Positions 10,086 to 19,863 of a stretch of DNA of 64,000 nt are shown piece after piece (positions within the stretch are counted from its first letter, which is position 1; every line of letters begins with the position of its first letter). The DNA lies in the NCBI GenBank assembly GCA_023140195.1, contig JAGLME010000004.1, forward strand, positions 8,578-72,577, read 5' to 3'. The notes under the pieces were generated by a model that did not search any database, was not told where the DNA came from, and saw only the letters and a list, made by a program, of their open reading frames with translations. Origin of the DNA: Thermoplasmata archaeon. Lineage in GTDB: Archaea > Thermoplasmatota > Thermoplasmata > RBG-16-68-12 > SOIM01. The position numbers were made by a program, and so were the translations under genes.

Positions 10086-11471
10086 CTATGCACCCCCAAC
10101 CACGATCTTGGCCCGTACATACGGACCTCCAGAGGAGACGTTCACCCAGTCCTCGTCGCCCTTTCCGCACATGCCCCCGCTGAGCTTGAATTCCTTGCTG
10201 ACCAGATCTGCTGTGCTGAGTATATCAAGAGCACTTCCAGTTAGAGTGAACGATGGAATGGGATCGGTAACCTCGCCGTTCTTGATCAAGTAGCCCTTGA
10301 GCGCCACCGCCTCAAAGCCGCCGCCGACAGGGTCCTCCATACCCCTCATCGCTTTGGCGGTGAGGATGCCTTCCTTTGTTTCTTCGATCATCTCGTCCAG
10401 GCTGTCCGAGCCCTTTTCGAAATAAGTGTTTGTCATCCTTACGTAGATGCGTCTGGAGTAATCCTCGGCCCTGCCGTTGCCGGTCGGTAGAACACCCATC
10501 TCATTGGCGGTCTCCAAGCTCTGCATGAAGCCCCTGTAAATCCCGTTCTCGATTATCAGTGTGTTGGCGGATGGCGAACCCTCGCTGTCGAAAGGTATGG
10601 TTCCATTGGCACCTGGATACGTTCCGTCATCGACCATGGAGATCTTATCGGTCGCTACCCTCTTGCCCACCATTGCTGTAAGGAAGGACCTGTTCTTGAC
10701 CACTTCATCAGCTTCGGAAGCGTGTCCCATTACCTCATGAGCCAGCATCCCTGAGATGTCCGGGTCGGCGACCACGGTCATCATGCCGTTGGGAGGCCTC
10801 TTGGCGCCCAGAAGTTCCACCGCCTCGGAACCGACCCTCTGCCCCATGGCATTCGGGTCGATCCCATCGATCAGCTCGTATCCTCTGGACCCATCGTACA
10901 CGTCGTAGGAGAACTCCCTCTTTTCCCCCTCGGCGGCGATTGCGTGAGCCACTGCCAGCGTCCTTATCTCGCTCCATTCCAGTTCGCTGCCGAGTGAGTT
11001 CACAAGCCCGAACTTGTAGATCTTCTCCCCGTACCTGGAATTGGTATTGACGACCCTGTCGTCCACCTTCTGGGCCTTGGACAGGTCCGTGGTGAACTCG
11101 AGTTTGGTGTCTGCGTCCACGTCCTCAGGGTCCTTCTTGACATGTGCCTCGATGCTCTTCTTGATCGTCGCCATAGATTCCAGGGAGACTTCCTTCTTGG
11201 TCTTCCCTGAATTGTGCTTGGCCATCTTCACCGCCCTTTGAGCGGCTTCGAGCAGGGAATCTGGGTCCAATCGAGATGTGGAGCTCTGCCCCCATGACCC
11301 GCCCACAAGAGCCCTGATGCCCACACCCTTCTTGGACATGTCCTGGAAACTGCGCAGCTGGTCGTTCACAACTAGGATGGTGGAGATCTTCCTGTCCTCG
11401 AACCTCGCGTCCGCGAAGTCGGCACCCATGTCCATAGCCTTGTCAACGGATCTGGATAATCTCTGAATCAT
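10086..11471 (-). CDS. tldD: TldD family metalloprotease
   Basis: HEVMGHASEAD (TldD HExxxH-type motif), about 460 aa, followed by a Gly-rich C-terminal domain. Confidence 0.8.
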   Translation of the reverse strand: MIQRLSRSVDKAMDMGADFADARFEDRKISTILVVNDQLRSFQDMSKKGVGIRALVGGSWGQSSTSRLDPDSLLEAAQRAVKMAKHNSGKTKKEVSLESMATIKKSIEAHVKKDPEDVDADTKLEFTTDLSKAQKVDDRVVNTNSRYGEKIYKFGLVNSLGSELEWSEIRTLAVAHAIAAEGEKREFSYDVYDGSRGYELIDGIDPNAMGQRVGSEAVELLGAKRPPNGMMTVVADPDISGMLAHEVMGHASEADEVVKNRSFLTAMVGKRVATDKISMVDDGTYPGANGTIPFDSEGSPSANTLIIENGIYRGFMQSLETANEMGVLPTGNGRAEDYSRRIYVRMTNTYFEKGSDSLDEMIEETKEGILTAKAMRGMEDPVGGGFEAVALKGYLIKNGEVTDPIPSFTLTGSALDILSTADLVSKEFKLSGGMCGKGDEDWVNVSSGGPYVRAKIVVGGA

Positions 11472-11578
11472 GTGGATTCCGCCCCCAATGGATAGGAAAG
11501 AAAGGATGGAAAACGATCCTTTCCGCTCTCAAGATGTACACGCCATTCGCAGATAAAAGGGTTTGTGAATCGGGACAT

Positions 11579-12352
11579 TCATAACGAAAAATCTGTCTCC
11601 ATCACCGTCTTCGCCTGGTCTTCCGGAAGGTGCTTCACCGCCTCTTTGACATCGGTCTTGTTGAACTTGGACTTGTTGAACATCATATACTCGAACACGA
11701 AATCTGGATATCCCTTGCCCATCTCCCTCAGCACCCAGCCGTACACCTTCCTCACATAGTACTCATCGTCGTCCAGAACATCGTTCAACATTGTCAAGGT
11801 CCAGAACGGGTCGCCTTTTCCTGCGCGGTTGCCGAGCATGGTGGATGTCAACGCTGCCCTCCTCCTCCAGAAGTTATCGGACTTGGTCCACTCCATTATC
11901 TCCGAGATCACCGAATCGTCCTTGAGCAAGATCGAGCCCAGAACGTACACGGACATCCCGTCGCAGTGCGCCCAGTTGTCGATATCGTCCCACCACGCCT
12001 TGACCACGTCGAAGGTGGACACATCCAACTTCCTGCGAAACCTCCTCAGTATGGATATGGCCAGTGTCTTGACGTCGTATATCGGGACAGCCCAAAGCTC
12101 GCCGGCGGTCCGGTGGACTTCGCTGAGGTCCCCGTCCTTCTTGTGCAGGTCAAAGAACTCCTTTGCGATCGAATCCAGTATGGGCATTCTTACTCCAAGG
12201 AGCTCCAGATTGGTCTTGATGTACTTCTGTGCATGAGGAGCGTCCTCGGGACTCGCATTCTTCCTGACCAGGTCCACCAGTCTTTCGGTCCCTTTCCGCA
12301 CGGAGGAGAATCCAGTTCGAGGTATATCGTTCTTTGTAGGGAATGGGTCCAC
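11579..12352 (-). CDS. DNA alkylation repair enzyme (AlkD-like HEAT-repeat glycosylase family)
   Basis: All-helical protein of about 257 aa with a conserved W/Y/R-rich repeat pattern. Probable GTG start. Confidence 0.55.
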   Translation of the reverse strand: MDPFPTKNDIPRTGFSSVRKGTERLVDLVRKNASPEDAPHAQKYIKTNLELLGVRMPILDSIAKEFFDLHKKDGDLSEVHRTAGELWAVPIYDVKTLAISILRRFRRKLDVSTFDVVKAWWDDIDNWAHCDGMSVYVLGSILLKDDSVISEIMEWTKSDNFWRRRAALTSTMLGNRAGKGDPFWTLTMLNDVLDDDEYYVRKVYGWVLREMGKGYPDFVFEYMMFNKSKFNKTDVKEAVKHLPEDQAKTVMETDFSL

Positions 12353-13617
12353 TTGTTACAGTGCCAGCACAAGCCTTATATTCAGATTTATGGTTCAAAG
12401 GAATTGTGTCCCTCATTCCGGACTATGGTGACCCGTCCGACCCAGATGTAAGGGCCAAATACGGATATCTGGAATCCGCGGTGGGTATCGTAGGCAACTC
12501 ATCTCTCCTTGTCTCCAAACTGGTCCTCGGACTCACCATCTCCAGCATCGCCCTTTTTGGAGACTCGATGAACCATCTAACTGACCTTGGTATCTCGATA
12601 GTGATCATCTTCGGCTTCAGGCTGGCCAAGAAAGAGGCCGACCAAGAACATCCGTACGGGCACGCGAGGGCAGAAGGCATCCTTTCGATAGTGGTGGCGT
12701 CCTTGGTGGTCGCGATGGGCGTGGTCGTTCTGGTTGCTTCCGCCCAAGGCCTCTGGGAACCGGAGATCCAGGGAAGTCTTACGGTTGCCGTTCTGATACT
12801 GTTCTTCGCAGTTGTCAAGGAGGCAATGGCCAGGTTCGCATTCAGAATCGCAGACAAGATAGACAGCAGAGCGTTGAGAGCGGACGCCTGGAACCATAGG
12901 TTTGACGCATTGATCTCGGTGGTGATCGCTGTCGGTATCTACGTGTCGAGCATCAATGCACATTTCAGGATAATTGACCCGATAATGGGGATTGTCGTGG
13001 CGGTCTTCGTGATATCCACCGGGATCATGCTCATCAAGGAGTCTGGGAACGAGTTGCTGGGACGCGCACCTTCGGAAGAGACGCTCAGGACAGTGAAGGA
13101 GGCGGCGTCATCGGTCGAGGGTGTTGAGGATGCTCACGACATTCTGGTGCATGATTACGGAAGCTACAAGGCCATCTCCATGCACATAACCGTGGACGAG
13201 TCCATCTCGGCAGGGGAAGCACACAAGATCGCGTCAGACCTGGAAGCAAGGATCAGAGATAGCATCGACGCCGAGCCGACGGTGCATGTTGAATCCAGAG
13301 AAGACACTGAAGGAGTGAGACGGGTGGAGGAAGAAGTGGAGGATGTGATCACTGGATACGACGAGATACTGTCCTCCCACAAGATCGAGGTCATCCGTTC
13401 TGCCAAGGGCGGGAAGATCGAGATGCACATTCTGATCGCCAAGCATACGACGGTTGAGGATGCGCACAGACTTGTCCATGATATAGAATCCAGGATCTCC
13501 AACCGAGTGCCAGATTACGAAGTGAACGTCCATGTGGAGCCGTGCTCCGGAGACTGCAAGATATGCGAGGAGATCTGTTCAAAGGGTTTTGAGGAAGGGG
13601 CGGACGACGGGAATTGA
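12343..13617 (+). CDS. cation diffusion facilitator (CDF) family metal efflux transporter
   Basis: Six-TM N-domain with HLTDLG and HxxxD motifs plus a cytoplasmic C-domain. The start is uncertain and may lie downstream of 12343. Confidence 0.8.
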   Translation: MGPLVTVPAQALYSDLWFKGIVSLIPDYGDPSDPDVRAKYGYLESAVGIVGNSSLLVSKLVLGLTISSIALFGDSMNHLTDLGISIVIIFGFRLAKKEADQEHPYGHARAEGILSIVVASLVVAMGVVVLVASAQGLWEPEIQGSLTVAVLILFFAVVKEAMARFAFRIADKIDSRALRADAWNHRFDALISVVIAVGIYVSSINAHFRIIDPIMGIVVAVFVISTGIMLIKESGNELLGRAPSEETLRTVKEAASSVEGVEDAHDILVHDYGSYKAISMHITVDESISAGEAHKIASDLEARIRDSIDAEPTVHVESREDTEGVRRVEEEVEDVITGYDEILSSHKIEVIRSAKGGKIEMHILIAKHTTVEDAHRLVHDIESRISNRVPDYEVNVHVEPCSGDCKICEEICSKGFEEGADDGN

Positions 13618-13653
13618 AAACCAATTAATATTGTATAGGGATTCTTGGGGTCA

Positions 13654-14313
13654 ATGAACAAGGTCATCATCTTGGTCGGGAGCCCGAGGTCCAAGGGGAA
13701 CACGGCCAGAATCGTTGAGCGGGTCGATGAGATTCTGCAGAAGAGAGATATTGAATCGGAGATTGTGAAGCTGAACAAACTGGACATAAGACCCTGCAGG
13801 AACTGCGGTGCATGCGAGGAAGATGGCCAATGCGTTCAGAAAGATGATATGCGAGAACTCTGGGAGAAGGTGGAATCGAGCGACGGGTTGGTACTTGCAT
13901 CACCGACATACTATTCGGGCGTCACTGCACAGATGAAGATCTTCATAGACCGGACCGGGAGAGCGAAGGTCATATGGGACTACAAGAGGAACTTGCCGAG
14001 CGGGAGTAGATTCTCAGAAGGGAAGAGGGCGATGGTCATTGGGGTCTGCGGCCAACCTGGTGAGAGGTGGCTCAAGTGTTCGATCATGCAGATGAAGTCC
14101 TTGCTATCGGACCTACAGATTCCGTTGTACTCAATTATCAAAGGCGATGGCGCGGATGTGGGTGGAGGCCTTTTTAAGGGAAGACCGGAGGTGATGATAG
14201 ATATCGATGAGGCGACCGAGGGGTTCGTAGAAGGTGATGAGGAGATAACGCTATCCTATAAGGAGAATTGGAACCTAGGCCGTGATTCCCCCCAAGAGTC
14301 TGGGGAGTCATAA
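13654..14313 (+). CDS. iron-sulfur flavoprotein (Isf; NADPH-dependent FMN reductase fold)
   Basis: Flavodoxin-like ILVGSPRSKGNT plus the compact Cys motif CRNCGACEEDGQC that is diagnostic of Isf. Start moved to the ATG at 13654. Confidence 0.7.
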   Translation: MNKVIILVGSPRSKGNTARIVERVDEILQKRDIESEIVKLNKLDIRPCRNCGACEEDGQCVQKDDMRELWEKVESSDGLVLASPTYYSGVTAQMKIFIDRTGRAKVIWDYKRNLPSGSRFSEGKRAMVIGVCGQPGERWLKCSIMQMKSLLSDLQIPLYSIIKGDGADVGGGLFKGRPEVMIDIDEATEGFVEGDEEITLSYKENWNLGRDSPQESGES

Positions 14314-14319
14314 AGGCTC

Positions 14320-14343
14320 AAAAACTCAACACGTTTTTATTTG
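14320..14343 (+). terminator. weak hairpin (aaaaac/gttttt) followed by an oligo-T tract downstream of isf
   Basis: 6-bp stem 14320-14325/14333-14338, then tttttattt. Confidence 0.3.
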
Positions 14344-14370
14344 AAACAGCATTAGAAGACTGGGGACACC

Positions 14371-14829
14371 ATGGCTGACCTCTCATTAGTGGGACGATGC
14401 GGGTTGTTTTGCGGTACTTGTGGGATCTATCGTGCTTACAAGGACAACGGGTCTTACTTGGAGAAGGTGGCCGAATCCTTTGATTGTGCTCCGGAACTTG
14501 TGAGGTGTGAAGGGTGCCAGACGCTGACGCCAGACTGCTGGGGGAACAGGTGTAAGATCGTCATCTGCCTGAGAAAGAAGGGTCTGGAGTTCTGCTACGA
14601 GTGTGGGGAATTGGACGGATGCGGGAAGTTCTCAGAATTGAGCGATGGTTACATGGAGCTCGGCATAAACCTGCGGGGCAATATGGATAGGATTAGAACC
14701 GGCGACGCCGAGAGATGGTTGGAGGAAGAGGATATGAGGTGGCGCTGTGGATCTTGCGGGGAGCCCATATCCTGCCACATGGAAGAATGCAATCAGTGCG
14801 GGGCCGGACTGGTAAAAGTGAAGTATTGA
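14371..14829 (+). CDS. Cys-rich DUF3795-like zinc-binding protein
   Basis: Multiple CxxC pairs (CGLFCGTCG, CEGC, CYEC, CGSCG, CNQCG) across 152 aa. Confidence 0.45.
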   Translation: MADLSLVGRCGLFCGTCGIYRAYKDNGSYLEKVAESFDCAPELVRCEGCQTLTPDCWGNRCKIVICLRKKGLEFCYECGELDGCGKFSELSDGYMELGINLRGNMDRIRTGDAERWLEEEDMRWRCGSCGEPISCHMEECNQCGAGLVKVKY

Positions 14830-14845
14830 TTTCGTCTCAGCGTCC

Positions 14846-16249
14846 TCAAACTGCGCCTCTTCTTCTAGCGGCTACGACCGCCACCAGTACGACCACGATG
14901 ATTACTATCAGCAATAACAGGAGGATACCTCCCAAGTTCTCTTGGGCGCATTCGTCTCCTTCACATTCCGGTTCTGGTGCCGGTTCGAGATAAGCGGTGT
15001 ACACTGGATCGTGTTCGACCCTGAAGCTGTTCCATCTGGGGAATGAGACCGCGTACCAGAGAGTTGATGTTATGAAAGAATTCTTTCCATTCTGGAAGAG
15101 ATCAAGCGGTCCGTTGTACTGGGCCTGAAGGTCGGGGCTCAATGCGTACGCCATTGTCGCCATCACGCCCAGGCTGAAACCGCCCTGCCAGGCAACGAGT
15201 ATCAGATCCCAGAGCCTGGCCTCGACAATCATGTTGTAAGCATCCTCGTCCTCTGCGACAACCTGTCCTGTGGTCTCGTTGATCAGATCGAAGGTGCCTC
15301 GCAGGCCCAAGTTGAAGACCTTCCTTTCAGGAGAGCCGACAGAGAGGTCCAGTCCCTCATTGAGCTTCCGTTGAATTCCGGTATCGATGACATGATTGGT
15401 GGTATCACCTGTGACCTTGTAGGTGGAACCGAATCTGGCTACATAGTGAACTGCTGCAACCCCCCAGTTATCAGGGATCTCCAGCGGGTCAACTTCCTGG
15501 CCCCAAAGCCATAGCTGTGTTACCTGGCCGAGTGTGTAGAAGGTCTCGGTGGTGATCGTGTTGTCATCGTTGAATGTGATGTCATAGACGATCGTCAGCT
15601 CACTGAACCGGGCAATATACAGCGGAAACGCGGCACTGAGGATCAAAGCAAGCGGGTTGTTGGCATCGATGATCTTCGCATACATATTCTCGTAGGTCAT
15701 TCCGAACCTGTAGCGGTTGCCGGGCAGGCTCTCGGCCTCGATGGCGGAAACGGTTGGGACATATGTCCCATTGGTCAATGTGCCGCCCACTCCGTAGGGT
15801 ATGACGTAGTACACGTCCTCATGAGCTGGATCTGGCATCCCGTTCTCGCCCGGTCCCGAACCGTTGTACGTATCATTGAAGACCATCAGAAACGCCAGAA
15901 CTGCGCCAATGAACACATCGTGCCCCCCAAGACCGGTAAAATGCATCCCGAAGAGCTGGTAAGGTAGAGTGGAGACGTTACCATCCTTCTCATAGGTCTT
16001 GAAGGCCAGAAGGAACGCTTGGGCTTCGTTTCTATTGACATAGGACATTGTCATGGTTATCTCCGCGCCATCATCGGTCGTATTGGAGATGTCGGCCGTC
16101 CAGTACTCCTCGTCGAACGAATGGCCGGTGATAGCGACCTCGTCCCCGGCTTCCCAGTGTTCCGGAGGAAGGCCTATCACGACAGGAGCGAACATCATGC
16201 TCAGCATCAAACACACGGCGAACACACTTGCGAAACTTCTAAACCTCAT
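14846..16249 (-). CDS. secreted protein with N-terminal signal peptide and C-terminal TM anchor plus basic tail
   Basis: Hydrophobic signal-like N-terminus and a C-terminal ILLLLLIVIIVVVLVAVVAARRRGAV anchor (sortase-signal-like; no PGF motif). Confidence 0.45.
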   Translation of the reverse strand: MRFRSFASVFAVCLMLSMMFAPVVIGLPPEHWEAGDEVAITGHSFDEEYWTADISNTTDDGAEITMTMSYVNRNEAQAFLLAFKTYEKDGNVSTLPYQLFGMHFTGLGGHDVFIGAVLAFLMVFNDTYNGSGPGENGMPDPAHEDVYYVIPYGVGGTLTNGTYVPTVSAIEAESLPGNRYRFGMTYENMYAKIIDANNPLALILSAAFPLYIARFSELTIVYDITFNDDNTITTETFYTLGQVTQLWLWGQEVDPLEIPDNWGVAAVHYVARFGSTYKVTGDTTNHVIDTGIQRKLNEGLDLSVGSPERKVFNLGLRGTFDLINETTGQVVAEDEDAYNMIVEARLWDLILVAWQGGFSLGVMATMAYALSPDLQAQYNGPLDLFQNGKNSFITSTLWYAVSFPRWNSFRVEHDPVYTAYLEPAPEPECEGDECAQENLGGILLLLLIVIIVVVLVAVVAARRRGAV

Positions 16250-16322
16250 TTATCCCACCAGCGGCAGATGAAAAATGGATGCATAAAAAGATTGTGGGAA
16301 GCTTATCAAATCGAGAGAATCA

Positions 16323-17072
16323 TCATCCACCAAAGACGATCTTGGTCAGGTACATCAAGGCTATACCCAGAACGAAGACCATCATGGTCGTAACAGATTT
16401 CCTGAGGGCGGTCTCCTTCTTGATCTCGGGCAAGAGGTCGGTCGCTGCTATGTAGATGAACCCTCCAGCGGCAAATGGCAGGAGAGCGTTGGCAATGTCA
16501 GTGGCCTGACTGGCTATGAAGAAGCCGACAACTCCTCCGACGACCGTTGCCAGAGCAACAAGGAAGTTCAGGGCAAGCGCCTTCTTCTTGGTGAACCCGG
16601 CATACACCAGGACACCGAAGTCGGCGATCTCCTGAGGTATCTCATGTGATGCAATGGCCACTGTGGTCGCAAACCCCAGCGGTACGGAAACCACGAAGCT
16701 GGCTGCAATTATCAGACCGTCAATGACGCTGTGAACTCCGTCCCCTATCAGGTTCATGTAGCTGAAGGTGTGCACGTCGCAGATCCCGTCGTGACAATGG
16801 TGCCACATGAGGACCTTCTCTATCACGAAGAAGAGCAAGAAGCCGACCAGGGCAAAGGCGATTATGTCAGGGCCGGACACCTCCGCGGCCTCGGGGAGCA
16901 GATGGATGAATGCGCCGCCGATCAGGGTCCCCGCCGACAGACTGACCAGTACCAGGAGTGCCTTTCTAAGGAGCGCGTCGTTGGAGGAAAGCGTGAATGC
17001 CCCGTTGAAGGCGATGAGGCTGATGATCAAAGTACTCAGTAGTATGTAGACCAGTATTATGTCCAAGGCCAA
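16323..17072 (-). CDS. ZIP family zinc/iron permease
   Basis: HEIPQEIADF (ZIP signature HEIPHELGDF-like), about 8 TM segments, 249 aa. Confidence 0.75.
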   Translation of the reverse strand: MALDIILVYILLSTLIISLIAFNGAFTLSSNDALLRKALLVLVSLSAGTLIGGAFIHLLPEAAEVSGPDIIAFALVGFLLFFVIEKVLMWHHCHDGICDVHTFSYMNLIGDGVHSVIDGLIIAASFVVSVPLGFATTVAIASHEIPQEIADFGVLVYAGFTKKKALALNFLVALATVVGGVVGFFIASQATDIANALLPFAAGGFIYIAATDLLPEIKKETALRKSVTTMMVFVLGIALMYLTKIVFGG

Positions 17073-17172
17073 CAGCTCTCCGTGACCATTTCCTCGAGCA
17101 GTTTAAACCTTTTGCACTTCCATTATGAAAAGCTTATCAACATAATCGTAGTAGGCATGATGAGGTGATGTA

Positions 17173-17646
17173 GTGGCAGCAGAAGTGGAAGACAAAGCGC
17201 CGGATTTCGAACTTCTGGATGTTGAGAGGAACAAGCGGACACTCGGCGAGTTCTCGGGCAGCAAACTTGTCATCGCATTCTATCCTGGGGCCTTCACATC
17301 AGTGTGCACGCAGGAGATGTGCGCTCTCAGGGACTCTCTGGCGAGGTTCAACGAGATGAACGCCACCGTCGTGGGGATAAGCGTCAATGATCCGTTCTCC
17401 AACAAGGCCTTCTCTGACCAGAACCAGCTGAATTTTCCTCTATTGAGCGACTACGCGAGAAGGGCGGTGACCGATTATGATGTCGCTTTGAACGATTTCG
17501 CGGGAATGAGCGGCTACACGGCCGCAAAGCGATCGGTATTCGTAGTTGACGGGGAGGGAACGATCCGGTACAAGTGGGTGTCTGAGGACCCTGGCGTGGA
17601 ACCCAACTACGATGATATCGCGGAAAAGCTGAGAGAGATCGCTTAA
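17173..17646 (+). CDS. peroxiredoxin (AhpC/TSA family, Bcp/PrxQ-like)
   Basis: PGAFTSVCTQE peroxidatic Cys motif. 157 aa. Confidence 0.8.
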   Translation: MAAEVEDKAPDFELLDVERNKRTLGEFSGSKLVIAFYPGAFTSVCTQEMCALRDSLARFNEMNATVVGISVNDPFSNKAFSDQNQLNFPLLSDYARRAVTDYDVALNDFAGMSGYTAAKRSVFVVDGEGTIRYKWVSEDPGVEPNYDDIAEKLREIA

Positions 17647-17647
17647 A

Positions 17648-18286
17648 TCAGCCAAACGGGAAGAAAGCCTCAATGGCCACGATGATCCCGATAACGATGA
17701 AGAGTATTCCGGACACCAGCACTATCCACTTTGCGTCCACCCTTTTGCCAATCTCTTTGCCTATCAACACCCCTATGGCAACAACCACTGCGAAACCAAG
17801 CAGAGCACCGAAAAGGACAGATAGAGGTGCTTCGTAGTGTGCGGTCAGCCAGATGACCATGACTTGGGTCTTATCTCCGAGCTCGGCCAAGACAAGAAAG
17901 ATGAACGTATGAGAAAAGACCTTCTTGTCCGGAATGTCCTTCTTGACCTCCTCTTCCTCTCTTTTGACGAGTGTCCACACGCCGAAGACGATGAAGATCA
18001 CTGAGGCGATTATCTTGATCCAGAAATCGTCAAATGCGGCTCCGAGTAGAATCCCTATCACAACTCCGATGACCGTTACCAGCCCCATTCCAAGCCAGCC
18101 CCCCAGGAATACCATCTTCTTTGAATACCTGGAGGCAAAAGAGATCGTTATCAACTGAGTCTTGTCTCCCAACTCGAGTAGAATGATGAAGCCAAACGCC
18201 AACAGGAAAGGAAGAACGACATCCATGGGCATGACACCAAAGTTGGATTCGTAAATAAACGTTCCCGATTGTCGAGTCTGATTCAT
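17648..18286 (-). CDS. UPF0016/GDT1 (TMEM165) family cation transporter
   Basis: Two E-L-G-D-K-T-Q motifs, one in each internal repeat. 212 aa with 6 TM segments. Confidence 0.7.
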   Translation of the reverse strand: MNQTRQSGTFIYESNFGVMPMDVVLPFLLAFGFIILLELGDKTQLITISFASRYSKKMVFLGGWLGMGLVTVIGVVIGILLGAAFDDFWIKIIASVIFIVFGVWTLVKREEEEVKKDIPDKKVFSHTFIFLVLAELGDKTQVMVIWLTAHYEAPLSVLFGALLGFAVVVAIGVLIGKEIGKRVDAKWIVLVSGILFIVIGIIVAIEAFFPFG

Positions 18287-18324
18287 CCAGTCGCGGCTGT
18301 GCTGAAAGATGACAGTGGAGTTTT

Positions 18325-19740
18325 TCAGAAGTTGTCTATAAAGATGCTGACCTCATCCGAGCCAGCGTTGCCAGCGTTGTCGGTCATTGTCGCCATGATG
18401 AAGTAGGGTCCGTTCGGCAAGGTCTTGGTGTCGAACTCTATCCACCAGCCATCTGAGGGATCTGGGTCGACCCCTATCTCGGTCCATATTGCCCCATCAG
18501 GCGAGATCTCGAAGACCGTTGACACAACATCATCAGCTCCGGTGAGCTCGACGGCTTCTACGATGGACCATCGTCCAATTATCATGCCATCGAGAGGATT
18601 GATGATCTCTGGCTGCGGCGGGAAGACATCCACGACCGTCATGTATGAGCGCATGTGGTCCACGAACTCCAAAGCTCCATCGCAGACCTCATCTCCGTAC
18701 TTGCTCCTCTGGGCGTTGATGTGATTGATGTATGCGTCCAGCTGGTTCAATGCGACCCCGAAGTTCCCTTTGTAATACGACATGACCCCGTTGGCCAGCA
18801 CATGACCTCGGATCTCTTTCTCATACTTCAGATACTTGAATCCTTCAACGATGACCTGCCCGTAACCTAGACCGTAGATCAGGCCGTCCTCCTCGCTGTC
18901 AAAGACCTCCATCATGGTAGTGACTTCCATCACATGGGACACCTCGTCAACCTTGATGGTTCCACTAGTGGCAAAGCCGTACAGCATCAGTTTCTTCCAG
19001 AGTATCAACTTGATCAGGTCCAGCGGGAACCACTTCTTTAGAAGATCCGCGCCCCAACCCTGAGCTGTGATGTTCTTCGCGTCGTCGACGGCCCTCTTGA
19101 GGTGCTTCTGAAGGTTCCCCATTTCCCTCTTTATCTCCGCCCAAATGCTGCTCTTCTTGAACTCTCCTTTCTTCAGGAGCTTCTGCAGGAGCTTGATCGT
19201 CAATCCCGAAGCCTGGATCTCCTTGATGTCGGTCAGATTCGCTTCCTTTGTCCAGTTGTACGGAGTGGTTCCGCCCACGCTGTCGTAGTGTCCTTCAGGA
19301 TCCCGCCATTGACCCACGTGTACAAGTTCGTGGGCCAGGACGGTCTTCATCCTCAAGAGGTCGGAGTCCACATACGAACGATTGATGGCGACGTAAACTG
19401 TTCCTCCTCTCTTGGGTGGAAGATCGGGATAGGTCACACCTGCTGAGGTGGGCGCCGCAGTTCCGGTGTTGTCTGCGGGAAGGACTATCGTCGTACTGTC
19501 GAACGTCAAGGAGGGAGTGGCCCCACTGGTCGCTGTCAGACCGCTCTCACTGCCGTCCCATCCGCTCCAAGTCCCCTCTGGGAAATCATCTCCGAACTCG
19601 TTCCTGAGCTGCAGAAGTGCACTTCTCAATGTCTCAGAAGGTGTCATCGGTGAGCCGGACTCAACAATCGATGAGAACGCAGGCATCAGAAATATCGTTA
19701 GAACTAATACAACTCCAACTGCTAGTCTTCTGTTCTTCAT
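18325..19740 (-). CDS. secreted putative zinc metallopeptidase with C-terminal Ig-like/CARDB-like domain
   Basis: Signal peptide MKNRRLAVGVVLVLTIFLMPAFSS and an HELVH (HExxH) motif. Start trimmed to the ATG at 19740. Confidence 0.45.
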   Translation of the reverse strand: MKNRRLAVGVVLVLTIFLMPAFSSIVESGSPMTPSETLRSALLQLRNEFGDDFPEGTWSGWDGSESGLTATSGATPSLTFDSTTIVLPADNTGTAAPTSAGVTYPDLPPKRGGTVYVAINRSYVDSDLLRMKTVLAHELVHVGQWRDPEGHYDSVGGTTPYNWTKEANLTDIKEIQASGLTIKLLQKLLKKGEFKKSSIWAEIKREMGNLQKHLKRAVDDAKNITAQGWGADLLKKWFPLDLIKLILWKKLMLYGFATSGTIKVDEVSHVMEVTTMMEVFDSEEDGLIYGLGYGQVIVEGFKYLKYEKEIRGHVLANGVMSYYKGNFGVALNQLDAYINHINAQRSKYGDEVCDGALEFVDHMRSYMTVVDVFPPQPEIINPLDGMIIGRWSIVEAVELTGADDVVSTVFEISPDGAIWTEIGVDPDPSDGWWIEFDTKTLPNGPYFIMATMTDNAGNAGSDEVSIFIDNF

Positions 19741-19863
19741 TGGACCCCCTCCCCTTTTCCTCCAGGGCTGGACTATCCATCGGATTGTGCAACTAAATAA
19801 GTTTCGGCGCTTTGGCGCCATTGACCTTGCTATAGACCGTTCAGCAAAGATAAAACGCAATAA

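Noticed and set aside
11630-12451. 273-aa plus-strand ORF
   Set aside because: It is antisense to the AlkD-like gene and is His/Pro/Gln-rich with no motif.
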